Positions 9,680 to 19,777 are shown, numbered from the stretch's first letter. The stretch is 44,616 nt of DNA from Oligoflexales bacterium (GCA_041736175.1 JBGSUI010000135.1:1-44616), one strand, 5' to 3'. Notes: generated by a model not told the origin, from the sequence alone. Numbers and translations are program-made.

Positions 9680-10405
9680 ATGGGAGCATCTCTAGACGTG
9701 GTATCAAACGAAAAAAGCCAAGACCAATTCCAATCTGAAGTTGCCGTGAGGCCAGTGGATGGAGGGGGGGCTTTCAGGCGCTCTCCCGGTGAGGCGCGAG
9801 GCTCTAATATTGTCTTGGTGGGACCGATGGGATCAGGCAAGAGTGCGGTAGGCTGGCTCTTGGCTCGGTTTCTCGGCTACGGATTTATTGATTTAGATGA
9901 ATTGATTGAGTCCCGGGAAAATAAGGGAATTAATGAGATCTTTGCAGAAAAAGGCGAAGAAGCTTTTCGAGATCTGGAAGGAAAGGCCCTTCATACCTTA
10001 GGAGGGATTCGGTCCCACGTGATCGCAACGGGTGGGGGCACGGTCGTCCGAGAGGAAAACTGGTCGATTTTAAAGATGATGGGGGTGATCATTTGGATTA
10101 ATCCTCCACCCGAAGAAATTGCCCGGCGCCTTATCAACAATGATGAGGAGCTTCTCAAGCGCCCCTTGATTGCCGAACTGGTTCAGCAAAAAGATCGAGC
10201 GCTCCGACAAAAGCTTTTGTCCGAGCGCATTTCGGCCATAGCTGGCAATCGTAATGCATTTTACCGGAAATCTGATTTGGTCGTTTCAGATACCTTTTCC
10301 ACTCCCCATGCCACGGCACTGCTTATCAAAGATACTCTCCGACACGAACGAGTGTTACCCCTTACGAATGATCATCGTTTTTTTGATCGATGGTCGGTTT
10401 TATGA
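9680..10405 (+). CDS. aroK: Shikimate kinase
   Basis: NIVLVGPMGSGKS Walker A, DLDELIE, GEEAFR, VIATGGG, RPL lid motif. Confidence 0.92.
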   Translation: MGASLDVVSNEKSQDQFQSEVAVRPVDGGGAFRRSPGEARGSNIVLVGPMGSGKSAVGWLLARFLGYGFIDLDELIESRENKGINEIFAEKGEEAFRDLEGKALHTLGGIRSHVIATGGGTVVREENWSILKMMGVIIWINPPPEEIARRLINNDEELLKRPLIAELVQQKDRALRQKLLSERISAIAGNRNAFYRKSDLVVSDTFSTPHATALLIKDTLRHERVLPLTNDHRFFDRWSVL

Positions 10406-10452
10406 ACCATTTTTGACCCCCTGTGTGCAGTTCTCCTCGCTGCGAGGAATCC

Positions 10453-11439
10453 ATGTTTTTATTTCCAAAAAATCTAGAAAAATGGTCCAATTTCCCATGG
10501 CGGACGGCATTGGGGGTCCTTGCTGCCAGCTTTGTGACGGCCCAAGTCGCGTCTAATCTGGCGAGTTATGTTTTTGCCCCGGTGATGAAAGATCGTCCTA
10601 GGTCAGCGGGTCCCAATGCGACAACACCAACGGTCGAGCCAACGCCAACTCTTAATAAAAACGCCGTCGAAGCGATTGTAAAAAGAAACTTGTTTAATGC
10701 CGAGGGAACCACGGGCGAAGCTGACACCAATCCCGATGCGGGGAGTAAATCCGGGGACCCTACAGCCAATATCGTAAAGTCTGATCTTCCCTTAAAGTTG
10801 CTCGGGACGATTTTTGCTGGAGACTTGACTGCTGGGATTGCGATTGTGGAAAATACCCAGAAAAAAACAACCAATAGCTTTATGGTAGGCGATACCCTTA
10901 TCAACGATGCCCAAGTTCATGAGGTTCACCAGGAAAAAATAATCATAAAGCGTGGCCAGCGGTTTGAGTATTTGGACATTCCTAAGACCGAGCTCCATCG
11001 ATCCCAGCGTAAAAAGAAGGCGGGGAAATTAGCAAGTAGTTCTATCGAAACCATTGCTCCTATCGCTACGGAGCCACCCCCTCCTAACTTCAAAGAAGAA
11101 GGGTTTGAACGTAAAGAAAAAGAAATGGTGATGAGCCAATCTTTTCGATCAAAGCTATTAACATCTGAATTTACAAAGGTCTTACAGGATGCTAAGGCAA
11201 CTCCCAATATGGTTGATGGCGAACTCAAGGGTTTTATTTTGACAAGGATTCGTAAGGATTCAATCTATGAGAAAGCAGGGCTTCAAAATGATGATATTGT
11301 TGAAGAGATCAATGGCGTCCCGCTGACCGATGTGTCCCAGTCCATCAAACTCTTAAATTCGTTGCGCCAAGAAAGTGAGATAGAGGTCCGGGTGATTCGC
11401 GGCGGGGTGCCGCAAAAATTTACACTCAGTGTTCGGTGA
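10453..11439 (+). CDS. gspC: T2SS GspC-like protein with PDZ domain (copy 1)
   Basis: GAGGA RBS before ATG at 10453; N-terminal TM helix, RNLFN, LKLLGT HR domain, C-terminal PDZ (AGLQNDDIVEEING). Confidence 0.85.
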   Translation: MFLFPKNLEKWSNFPWRTALGVLAASFVTAQVASNLASYVFAPVMKDRPRSAGPNATTPTVEPTPTLNKNAVEAIVKRNLFNAEGTTGEADTNPDAGSKSGDPTANIVKSDLPLKLLGTIFAGDLTAGIAIVENTQKKTTNSFMVGDTLINDAQVHEVHQEKIIIKRGQRFEYLDIPKTELHRSQRKKKAGKLASSSIETIAPIATEPPPPNFKEEGFERKEKEMVMSQSFRSKLLTSEFTKVLQDAKATPNMVDGELKGFILTRIRKDSIYEKAGLQNDDIVEEINGVPLTDVSQSIKLLNSLRQESEIEVRVIRGGVPQKFTLSVR

Positions 11440-11460
11440 CAGAACCTAGGAAAATGATCC

Positions 11461-12465
11461 TTGAAACCACCGCGTTTTAACTTTAACTTCGATCAAGAAA
11501 AGCTGCATAAGCTGATAAAGCCGGTAGGTTTTGCGGCAATGGTTTTTGGGCTGTCTTATATGACTGCGTCTTCCGTCTCTGCAGTATTTATGTCGGTGCT
11601 TGTTAAAGATGTGATGGTTCACTTGGTATCATCGACCAAACGATCCACAACGACTGCTTCCTTATCCCACTTTGGGGGGGCAAGCTCCAATTATCATAGC
11701 TTGCAAAGAGTGATCAAAGAGCGGAATCTTTTTAATTCCTCTGGAGCTTTTCCAGAGGAGGTAGCAGGTGTCTCTGGAGGCGAAGAGTCCAGATCTACTA
11801 ATTTTGATATCAGCGCGCCTTGTAAAAAGTCCACCCTGAATGTTAGCCTCGTTGGTACAATTTATATCAGTGATAACAGTTCACTAGCTACAATCCAAGA
11901 GCAAGGATTTAGCGAAGCTGATATCTATCGCGAAGGAGATGGGATTGTCGGTAATGAGTCAGCGACCTTAGTCAAGATCGAAAGGAATCGGGCGATCATC
12001 AACAATAATGGCAGCAAGGAATGTTTAGATTTGGTTGTTCTTCCACCAAAGATCGTGACGGAATCGACAAAACCTGTTGTGATAGCCAACGGGACAAAGA
12101 TGGGAGGCGGAGGTGCACCTGAGGCTCCGCCGCCGGCCGGAGGAGACTGTAACCTCCAAGAAAAGTATGTTCAGGATGAACTCGGCTCAGGATTTGCTAC
12201 AATTATTCAAAAGGCCCGCTTTGTCCCCAACACCTCCGACAATCAAATGAACGGATTTAAAATCTTTGCAATAGAGCCTCAAAGCTTATTTGCTCGTGCG
12301 GGTTTGCAAAATGGCGATATTATCACCCAGGTCAACGAGACCAGTCTTAAACAACCTGACCAAGGATTTGCCTTGTATCAGGCCTTTAATGATGAGAGAG
12401 AGGTTAGAATTCATATTCTTCGTGGGGGAGCAACACCAATGATGATTACCTGTCGGATCAATTAA
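11461..12465 (+). CDS. gspC: T2SS GspC-like protein with PDZ domain (copy 2)
   Basis: TM helix, RNLFN, VSLVGT, PDZ (AGLQNGDIITQVN); directly upstream of the secretin gene. Confidence 0.8.
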   Translation: MKPPRFNFNFDQEKLHKLIKPVGFAAMVFGLSYMTASSVSAVFMSVLVKDVMVHLVSSTKRSTTTASLSHFGGASSNYHSLQRVIKERNLFNSSGAFPEEVAGVSGGEESRSTNFDISAPCKKSTLNVSLVGTIYISDNSSLATIQEQGFSEADIYREGDGIVGNESATLVKIERNRAIINNNGSKECLDLVVLPPKIVTESTKPVVIANGTKMGGGGAPEAPPPAGGDCNLQEKYVQDELGSGFATIIQKARFVPNTSDNQMNGFKIFAIEPQSLFARAGLQNGDIITQVNETSLKQPDQGFALYQAFNDEREVRIHILRGGATPMMITCRIN

Positions 12466-12478
12466 AGCTATCGATACA

Positions 12479-15136
12479 ATGGAGTCAGATATGTCAGGTC
12501 TTCTTAAATCAAATCCCTTGTTAAGCTCAACCATAGGTTTTCTCCTTTGGGGAATGCTGATCGTTACCAAGGGTTCTCTATGGGGTGGTTCTGTTGCATA
12601 CGGACAGGATAAACCTGAGCCTCAAGAAATGCCTCCACCCGATGATCCAGAAAACATGCCACCACCGCCTCCGCCACCGAGCGCTCCTGACCCAGAGGGA
12701 GATCTACCGCCGCCTGCGAGTAGTGGCACTGCAGCACCTAGCAAGGGTCCGGCAGGCTCACCCGCTAAAGGAGCTGCAGTTCCTGGAGCTGCAGTTCCTG
12801 GAGCTGCTGCAAACGGAGCTGCCTTAAAGGATAGCAAAGAAAAAGGCGCTGCTAGCGTTCCCCCTGGTCAGGAACTTGTAAGTATCGACTTTCCAGAGCC
12901 TACGGAAATCAAAGATATCATCAAAGCAGTCTCCTATTGGACCCAAAAGAACGTGATCCTCGACCGCAATGTAAACGGCAAGATTCAGATATTTACCCCT
13001 CGAAGGGTGACCAAAGAAGAAGCCTACCAGGCTTTTTTGTCGGCCCTTAACCTGTTAGGTTTGACCACCGTTGAGACGGGAAAAGTGATCAAAATTATGC
13101 CGGTTCGCACGGCTGTGAAGGGCAATCTTAAAACCATCCTTGGCTCCAGCTGGACCCCTATGACCGATGAGGTGATCACCCAGATTGTTCCCCTCAAATA
13201 TATCGATGCTAAAGAGATTCAGGCGACCCTATCGCGTATTGTTTCTACTAACTCGATGATCGCCTACCCGCCGACAAACACTCTGATCATAAGTGAGACC
13301 GGTTACAAAGTCAGGCGGATCTTGGATATCGTCGAACTCTTGGACGTCCAAGGCCAACAGGCCCAGGTAGCCATCGTCCCCATACGCTATGCAGAGGCTA
13401 AAAGCATCGCAGATAAAGTCTCAGAAATCTTTAAAAACACTTCAGGATCAGCTAAAGGAGCCGCTTCTAGCTCTTACCGAAGCTATAAGATCATGACCGA
13501 CGAACGGACCAACTCTGTGATTATCTTTGGTCCGCCCCGCACCATTGCCGATGTTAAGGCTCTGGTCCGCAAGTTTGATATTCCCCTTGATGACCCCTCG
13601 CGTCAGTCCACCATCCATGTGCGCCCCCTAGATTATGCGGACGCCAAAAAACTGGCTGCAACTTTGCAGGCGTTGGCAACAGCTAACAAACCCAAGACCA
13701 ATGTCCGCCGCAACCTGCCACCCGCGGGTGTCAATCTGCCACCTCCAGGGGTACCGATGCCTAAGGTAGACGAACCGCTTTCCGTGGCGGATTTGGGCGA
13801 TGATGTCAAGATTGCTCCCGAAGAGTCTTCAAACTCACTTTTGATTACAGGGAGCCACTCGGCTTACCAAACCATTAACTCTCTTATCAGAAAACTGGAT
13901 CTAAGGCGGTCACAGGTTTTTGTAGAAGCCGATATCCTCGATATCAATATGGATAGTGGTTTTAATTTCCAAACCTCGGTTTTTGCCGGCAGGGGTGGTC
14001 CCCAGTCTTCCAGCATTGCAACCACGTGGAAAGCAGCTCCTCTTGGGCCTTTAATCGCCGCCCAAGCTACCCAGGGGGCCGGTGCTAATCCCGTGACCAA
14101 TACGGCTGCCGCAAAGGAGGTTGCAGGTGTTTTTGCCGAGGACCTGACGATTGGAATCCTTTCAGGAAAAGAGATAGACATCGCTGGATTGGGTAAGTTT
14201 AGGCCAGGAGCTTTAATACGAATGCTCAAAAGCGACGGTCATACTCGGATCCTCTCGTCACCATCGATCATGACCCTTAATAACGAAGATGCTAGTTTTA
14301 CAGTAGGGCAAAAGATCTATTTCAAATCACAAGAATCAATTCCCAGCGGGACGGGCCAAGTGTTAGCTTCTAAACCTGAAAAAGAAGATATTGATCTCAC
14401 CCTAAGCATTAAGCCCAATATCAGCCACTCCAATTATGTGACCATGAAGATCGATCTGGACGCAAACTCCCTTGGTAGCAATATTTTTGAAGGGCTACCT
14501 GCCGTCAACAAACGAAAAAGTAAACAGCTCGTGACCGTAAAGAACGGCCAAACGGTGGTGATCTCAGGATTGGTGCAAACCACTCAAATTGAATCATACG
14601 CCAAGATCCCCCTTTTGGGAGATATTCCAATATTGGGTTGGCTGTTTCGTAATTCCAATATCAGGAATGCCCGTAGTAATCTTATGATCTTTCTCACTCC
14701 CCATATCATCCATGGTGCTGATGATATGGCGGCGGTCTATGCTGCAAAACTAGAGGAGCGAGACCAGTATCTGGCGACGATTTTTGGATCCCGCTACGCT
14801 GATGATGATTTCTATAAGATGCTGCCCACAAAAGAAGACGGGACCTATGTCTCGAGCGAGATGGACAAATTGGAAAAAGACCGGAGGGAGGCTTTGTTGC
14901 GCCAGCTCTATGAAAGCTCCAATCCCACGGCTAACCCTCAACAAAAATTTAAAAAAGCCGAAGACTCGAAAGGCGAGATCTTAAATTCTAAAACCCCCAA
15001 AGATGATGCTCCGGTGTATGTGCCTTTATCCGGGGATGGGAGTGGAGGTGGCGATGTTGGTGGAGGCGGTGGCGGAGATATGGCCCCGCCGCCCATAGAG
15101 CCCCCCCCAGAGCCTGAGCCCTCTTCAGGGGAGTAA
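12479..15136 (+). CDS. gspD: T2SS secretin
   Basis: N0-N3 domains (VPLKYIDA, TNTLII, DERTNSVI), LDLRRSQVFVEADI, KIPLLGDIPILGWLF; Pro-rich termini; alternative start at 12491. Confidence 0.95.
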   Translation: MESDMSGLLKSNPLLSSTIGFLLWGMLIVTKGSLWGGSVAYGQDKPEPQEMPPPDDPENMPPPPPPPSAPDPEGDLPPPASSGTAAPSKGPAGSPAKGAAVPGAAVPGAAANGAALKDSKEKGAASVPPGQELVSIDFPEPTEIKDIIKAVSYWTQKNVILDRNVNGKIQIFTPRRVTKEEAYQAFLSALNLLGLTTVETGKVIKIMPVRTAVKGNLKTILGSSWTPMTDEVITQIVPLKYIDAKEIQATLSRIVSTNSMIAYPPTNTLIISETGYKVRRILDIVELLDVQGQQAQVAIVPIRYAEAKSIADKVSEIFKNTSGSAKGAASSSYRSYKIMTDERTNSVIIFGPPRTIADVKALVRKFDIPLDDPSRQSTIHVRPLDYADAKKLAATLQALATANKPKTNVRRNLPPAGVNLPPPGVPMPKVDEPLSVADLGDDVKIAPEESSNSLLITGSHSAYQTINSLIRKLDLRRSQVFVEADILDINMDSGFNFQTSVFAGRGGPQSSSIATTWKAAPLGPLIAAQATQGAGANPVTNTAAAKEVAGVFAEDLTIGILSGKEIDIAGLGKFRPGALIRMLKSDGHTRILSSPSIMTLNNEDASFTVGQKIYFKSQESIPSGTGQVLASKPEKEDIDLTLSIKPNISHSNYVTMKIDLDANSLGSNIFEGLPAVNKRKSKQLVTVKNGQTVVISGLVQTTQIESYAKIPLLGDIPILGWLFRNSNIRNARSNLMIFLTPHIIHGADDMAAVYAAKLEERDQYLATIFGSRYADDDFYKMLPTKEDGTYVSSEMDKLEKDRREALLRQLYESSNPTANPQQKFKKAEDSKGEILNSKTPKDDAPVYVPLSGDGSGGGDVGGGGGGDMAPPPIEPPPEPEPSSGE
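12770..12823 (+). repeat. 15-bp tandem repeat in the gspD N-terminal linker
   Basis: GGAGCTGCAGTTCCT x2 followed by two degenerate copies (GAAVP GAAVP GAAAN GAA). Confidence 0.85.
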
Positions 15137-15180
15137 GCTCCCAGATTTATAAACAAGGGTCAACAGGAGTTGGAAGCAGT

Positions 15181-16980
15181 ATGTCCGATGTGGATTCCGA
15201 AAATAAAAAAGACAAACCGGCTGAGAGTTCGCCTAAATGGGTGAACCTACCCACGGTTTCTTTTCGCAAGCTCCAACGAAAAACCCTCGGTCAGATTTTG
15301 GTGGAAACCCAAACCGTTTCTGAAGAACAACTGGCACATGCCTTGGAGCAGCAGCAGGAGCAGGGGACTAAACTTGGAGAGATCCTAGTCGAAAACGATA
15401 TTGTCAGCGAAGAGGAAATCCTTAGAGCCTTGGCCTACCAGCTCGACCTCCCCTATTACGCTCGACTACCCGTCAATGATATCGACCCATCTCTTGTGGA
15501 CAATATCCCCATCCATTTTTGTCGGGACAACAAAATCCTGCCGATTGCGCGGGATGACTTTAACGTCACGGTGGCCGTCGCCGATCCCCTTAATATCTTT
15601 CCACTAGACGACCTCCGGCTGATCTTATCGACCAATATCAATATGATTGTCAGTCCACCGGCTGTGATTGAAAACTCCATCAACCGTGTTTATGAGAGGT
15701 CTAACGATGCCTCCCAAAAAGTCCTCGATGACTTGAATGCTCCTGAGGTTGGGGTCGATGAAAACCTCGAAGAGACCCGGGATTTGCTAGAGTCGACGGA
15801 TGATGAGAAACCGATTATTCGATTGGTTAACGGGCTATTGGCTCTGGCTGTAAAAGAAAAGGCTTCGGATATCCATATCGAACCTTACGAAAACGAAGTG
15901 ATGGTTCGATTTCGAATCGATGGGACTCTCCAGGACAAGATGCAAATTCCCCGCCGCCATACTTCGACCTTAGCAACCCGGATTAAGATTATCGGCAAGC
16001 TTAACATCGCCGAAAAACGCGTTCCCCAGGATGGTCGCATTGCCTTTCGCGTCGCCGGCAAAGATATCGATGTGCGCCTGTCTGTGCTGCCGACATCCCA
16101 TGGTGAGCGGATTGTGATGCGGCTCCTTGACAAATCTTCTGGGGCTAAAAAGCTTGAAGATATGGGTATGGACCCGGAGATCTATAATGTTTGGGTCAAC
16201 CTCATCGAGCAGTCCCACGGAATCGTGTTGGTCACCGGACCCACGGGATCCGGTAAAACAACTCTGCTTTATGCCTCCCTGATGCATATAAACACAACCG
16301 ATATTAATATCGTGACCATCGAAGATCCCGTCGAATATCAATTGTCTGGGGTCGGACAGGTGGAGGTGAAGGAAAAAATCGGCCTCACCTTTATGGAAGG
16401 TTTGCGGAGTATCCTGCGCCAAGACCCTGATGTGATTATGATCGGGGAGATCCGAGACGGGGAAACGGCCGGTATAGCGATCCAGTCATCGATGACGGGC
16501 CACTTGGTGTTTTCAACTCTCCACACCAACGATACGGCGACGACGGTCACCCGCTTTTTAGATCTTGGAATCCAGCCCTACCAGGTTTCTAGCTCCGTGC
16601 TGGGGATCCTCGCGACGCGGCTTATTCGAAAGCTTTGTATGTCATGCCGCGAAGCCTACGATCCTCTGGACGGGGAGCTTAAACTTATGTCGGTGACTCG
16701 TGAGGAAATCGGCACCAAAAAAATCTACCGGGCGGGAGAGGGTTGTGATGAGTGCCACGGGATCGGATATTCGGGCCGGATGGGGATCCACGAACTGATG
16801 ATTCTTGACGACGACATCAGGGAAGTTCTCTTGGCATCACAGGATTCTAAGCGAATCAAAAAGAAAGCTCTAGAAAAAGGTATGAAAACCCTAAGGGATT
16901 CCGCAATTCAAAAAGTGCTCCAGGGTCTGACCTCCCTGGAAGAAGCGTTGACCAACACCCAGACCGAAGACTTGAGGTAA
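15181..16980 (+). CDS. gspE: T2SS ATPase with N-terminal MshEN-like domain
   Basis: ASDIHIEP, GPTGSGKT, TIEDPVE, LRQDPDVIMIGEIRD, TGHLVFSTLHTN, CxxC...CxxC zinc motif. Confidence 0.96.
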   Translation: MSDVDSENKKDKPAESSPKWVNLPTVSFRKLQRKTLGQILVETQTVSEEQLAHALEQQQEQGTKLGEILVENDIVSEEEILRALAYQLDLPYYARLPVNDIDPSLVDNIPIHFCRDNKILPIARDDFNVTVAVADPLNIFPLDDLRLILSTNINMIVSPPAVIENSINRVYERSNDASQKVLDDLNAPEVGVDENLEETRDLLESTDDEKPIIRLVNGLLALAVKEKASDIHIEPYENEVMVRFRIDGTLQDKMQIPRRHTSTLATRIKIIGKLNIAEKRVPQDGRIAFRVAGKDIDVRLSVLPTSHGERIVMRLLDKSSGAKKLEDMGMDPEIYNVWVNLIEQSHGIVLVTGPTGSGKTTLLYASLMHINTTDINIVTIEDPVEYQLSGVGQVEVKEKIGLTFMEGLRSILRQDPDVIMIGEIRDGETAGIAIQSSMTGHLVFSTLHTNDTATTVTRFLDLGIQPYQVSSSVLGILATRLIRKLCMSCREAYDPLDGELKLMSVTREEIGTKKIYRAGEGCDECHGIGYSGRMGIHELMILDDDIREVLLASQDSKRIKKKALEKGMKTLRDSAIQKVLQGLTSLEEALTNTQTEDLR

Positions 16981-16987
16981 ACCAAGC

Positions 16988-18208
16988 GTGCCCCTCTACG
17001 TCTATAAAGGTTACGACTCTAAAACCGGTGCCTCCAAAAAGGGCAAGGTGGAAGCCGATTCTCCCAAGGCTGCACGAGTCAAACTCCGGCAGAGGGAAAA
17101 AGTCATCGTCTCAGAAATCAAGGAAGAAGCTAGCCTTGATCGGGTCAAAACCAGAGACAATTTATTTAATGCCAAGGTAAAATCCCAAGATATATCGATT
17201 ATGACGCGCCAATTTGCCACCTTACAAAATGCTCATATACCCCTTGATGAATCCCTAAGAGCCCTCACGGCCCAGGTGGAGCATAAGGTCCTGCGCAACA
17301 CCCTCCAAGCCGTGCGCGAACAGGTGTCCGAAGGTAAATCCCTTGCGGATGGAATGTCACTTTTTCCAGGTGTGTTTAATCGCCTCTATGTCAATATGGT
17401 GCGGGCCGGCGAGTCTTCAGGGACCTTGGGGCTGGTTTTAGAGCGTTTGGCCGATTATATGGAAAAAGAAGTCGAAGCAAAGTCCCAGGTCGTCAGCGCT
17501 ATGACCTACCCGGCGGTTATGATCCTTGCAAACGTGGCTTTGATTGGCTATCTCATTATGAGCTTAGTCCCTAAACTCCAAAAAATCTTTGTGAGTCTCA
17601 AGGCTCCTCTCCCGACTTATACAAAAATGATCATTGGATTTTCAGAATTTTTACAAACTAAATGGTATCTGATTCCTATCGTCGGAACTCTTATTTTTTT
17701 GGGGTTTAAACGCTGGCTGGCGACCGTCGAAGGACGTCGCAAATTTGATGGGTTTTTGCTGAAATTACCAGTGTTTGGATCCTTGATTATGCGCATGCAA
17801 GTCTCTCGATTTACCCAGACTCTATCAACGCTCCTTGCTTCGGGTGTTCCCATTATTCGAGCCTTAGAAATCACTAAGAATATCATTACTAATGTGGTGA
17901 TTGCCGAAGTCCTTGAACAAGCAAAGACCAGTGTCCAAGAAGGGCGAAATCTCGGTCAAACCATAGAAAAAAGTGGCCAGTTCCCCCCCCTAGTGACCCA
18001 TATGATTATGACGGGCGAACGGACCGGCCAGCTCGAAGAGATGCTCAGTCATGTCGCCGTTGCTTATGAAGTGGAGGTCCAACGAAAGATCGAGTCGTTG
18101 ATCTCTTTAGTCGAGCCGGTGATGATTATCATTATGGCCGGTTCTGCCGGGGGGATTATTGCTGCTGTTTTAGTTCCCATGTTGTCCATTATGAATCAGA
18201 TGCGGTAA
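16988..18208 (+). CDS. gspF: T2SS inner-membrane platform protein
   Basis: RQFATL, MVRAGESSGTL, AMTYP, GERTGQLEEML, LVEP; three TM segments. Confidence 0.95.
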   Translation: MPLYVYKGYDSKTGASKKGKVEADSPKAARVKLRQREKVIVSEIKEEASLDRVKTRDNLFNAKVKSQDISIMTRQFATLQNAHIPLDESLRALTAQVEHKVLRNTLQAVREQVSEGKSLADGMSLFPGVFNRLYVNMVRAGESSGTLGLVLERLADYMEKEVEAKSQVVSAMTYPAVMILANVALIGYLIMSLVPKLQKIFVSLKAPLPTYTKMIIGFSEFLQTKWYLIPIVGTLIFLGFKRWLATVEGRRKFDGFLLKLPVFGSLIMRMQVSRFTQTLSTLLASGVPIIRALEITKNIITNVVIAEVLEQAKTSVQEGRNLGQTIEKSGQFPPLVTHMIMTGERTGQLEEMLSHVAVAYEVEVQRKIESLISLVEPVMIIIMAGSAGGIIAAVLVPMLSIMNQMR

Positions 18209-18213
18209 ATTTA

Positions 18214-18243
18214 GAGACACCGGGTGGTGTTTATCCACTTTTT
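18214..18243 (+). terminator. Possible hairpin between gspF and gspG
   Basis: GACACC-gggt-GGTGTT followed by a T-rich run. Confidence 0.3.
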
Positions 18244-18402
18244 ATTCTGAAAAAATCCAGGAGTGGTAAGATAAAGGAGGAATTTAATGTGTGATCAGAG
18301 TGTAGCAACCCCCTTTGGTTCCACTGTGCAAAATTCCGTTCCCATGTTAATGTTGAATCTGCCAATGTATTTATAGAATTTTTGATAAAAATAAGAGGAA
18401 AA

Positions 18403-18945
18403 ATGATGACAGCGAAAGCGAAAGCGAAATGTATGGTTCGTTCGTTACGATCGCGATTGGAAGGGAGCAGACTCCCTTGGCCCTTTCCTAAGAGAGATGA
18501 TGTTACGAGCAAAACATTCCACGAAGCGGGGATGTCCCTGATCGAGATTATTATCGTCGTCGCCCTGCTCGGGACTTTGATGGCTTATATGGTGTCCAAT
18601 TTAATAGGCCAGGCAGACCAAGCCAAAGTGGATTCGGCTAAGTTAGCCATGGGGGGTATCGATCAAAAGCTGCAGATGTACCGCATTCACAACAACAAAT
18701 ACCCAACCTCAGACCAGGGCCTTAACGCCCTGTTGACGGCCCCTGGGGATGCCAAAGCTTGGCGGGGACCCTATATTGAGACCAATAAACTTACGGATCC
18801 CTGGGACCAACCATTTGCCTATGAATGCAGTGATGGGCGCAATTTTAAGATCACGAGTCCTGGTCCCGATGGGCAGGTTGGTACAACCGACGATATCGTT
18901 TATCCTGAAGAAAAAGGAGAAGGGACTCCTGCCCCCAATCCATAA
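18403..18945 (+). CDS. gspG: T2SS major pseudopilin
   Basis: G|MSLIEIII prepilin site, YPTSDQGLNAL, WRGPY, DPWDQPF, SPGPDG...DDI; start uncertain (GAGGA before ATG 18403). Confidence 0.93.
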   Translation: MMTAKAKAKCMVRSLRSRLEGSRLPWPFPKRDDVTSKTFHEAGMSLIEIIIVVALLGTLMAYMVSNLIGQADQAKVDSAKLAMGGIDQKLQMYRIHNNKYPTSDQGLNALLTAPGDAKAWRGPYIETNKLTDPWDQPFAYECSDGRNFKITSPGPDGQVGTTDDIVYPEEKGEGTPAPNP

Positions 18946-18955
18946 GAGGTGAGGA

Positions 18956-19777
18956 GTGAGCGATTTCAGGAGGGATGGACAAAAGGCTCCTCGCTGGGGC
19001 CTTAGGTACCAGTTTAGAAGGAATCCTGAAGGTGGATTTTCGATTATCGAGGTGATGATCGTGGTCGCGCTGATTGCTTTTACCTATTCTGTAGCCTTGC
19101 CCAATCTTGGAATTCGCTCCGAGTCGGAGGTGGCGATCAAACTCAGCACCCTTGCCGGGGATATTCGAAATGCTTATGACCTTGCGGTGTTGACAGGTAG
19201 GTCCTATCGGTTGGTTTTTGTAATGGCTAAGGGGGACTATTGGTTAGAAGAAGCTGACCAAGATCATTTTTATATCGGTGCAGATAAGGTCGACCGAGAC
19301 CCTACGGAGGCCGAGGAAAAAGATGACCAACTCTCATATGAACAAAAAATGAAGGAATACAGTGATCTCGCTGGACAGGCTGTCATTGATTCTAACAACG
19401 ACAAGGAAATCCCGCCGGTGTCTCCGGTGGTCGAAGCCAAACTTAAACTTCGCAAAGCCCACTGGACGCCGGTCTCTAATTCAGAATGGGGTAAAAGAAG
19501 TCTGGGTCCTCAGCTTCTTATCAAAGAAATGCAGTCTGAACATCATGGAAGGCTACAGAATTTTTCTGAGCTTGGGGAAAATGCCCGAGGGATGATTTAT
19601 TTTTTTCCAAATGGCTATGTGCAAAAAGCTGTTCTCTATGTTTACTATAAAAAAGATGACTTTGTCCCCGATGAATCTAAAGAACCCTATACTGTTGTTA
19701 CGTTTCCCTTCGAAGGGATCGCCGAGGTGAATTCCGGTCGGATCAATATCGATGTCCATGAAGACCAAAAACAATGA
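18956..19777 (+). CDS. gspH: Minor pseudopilin GspH-like
   Basis: G|FSIIEVMIVV, IYFFPNG; position after gspG. Confidence 0.8.
   Translation: MSDFRRDGQKAPRWGLRYQFRRNPEGGFSIIEVMIVVALIAFTYSVALPNLGIRSESEVAIKLSTLAGDIRNAYDLAVLTGRSYRLVFVMAKGDYWLEEADQDHFYIGADKVDRDPTEAEEKDDQLSYEQKMKEYSDLAGQAVIDSNNDKEIPPVSPVVEAKLKLRKAHWTPVSNSEWGKRSLGPQLLIKEMQSEHHGRLQNFSELGENARGMIYFFPNGYVQKAVLYVYYKKDDFVPDESKEPYTVVTFPFEGIAEVNSGRINIDVHEDQKQ

Noticed and set aside
12770..12823. Short repeats as a CRISPR array
   Set aside because: In-frame coding tandem repeat with no spacers; no cas genes; no array noticed anywhere in the window
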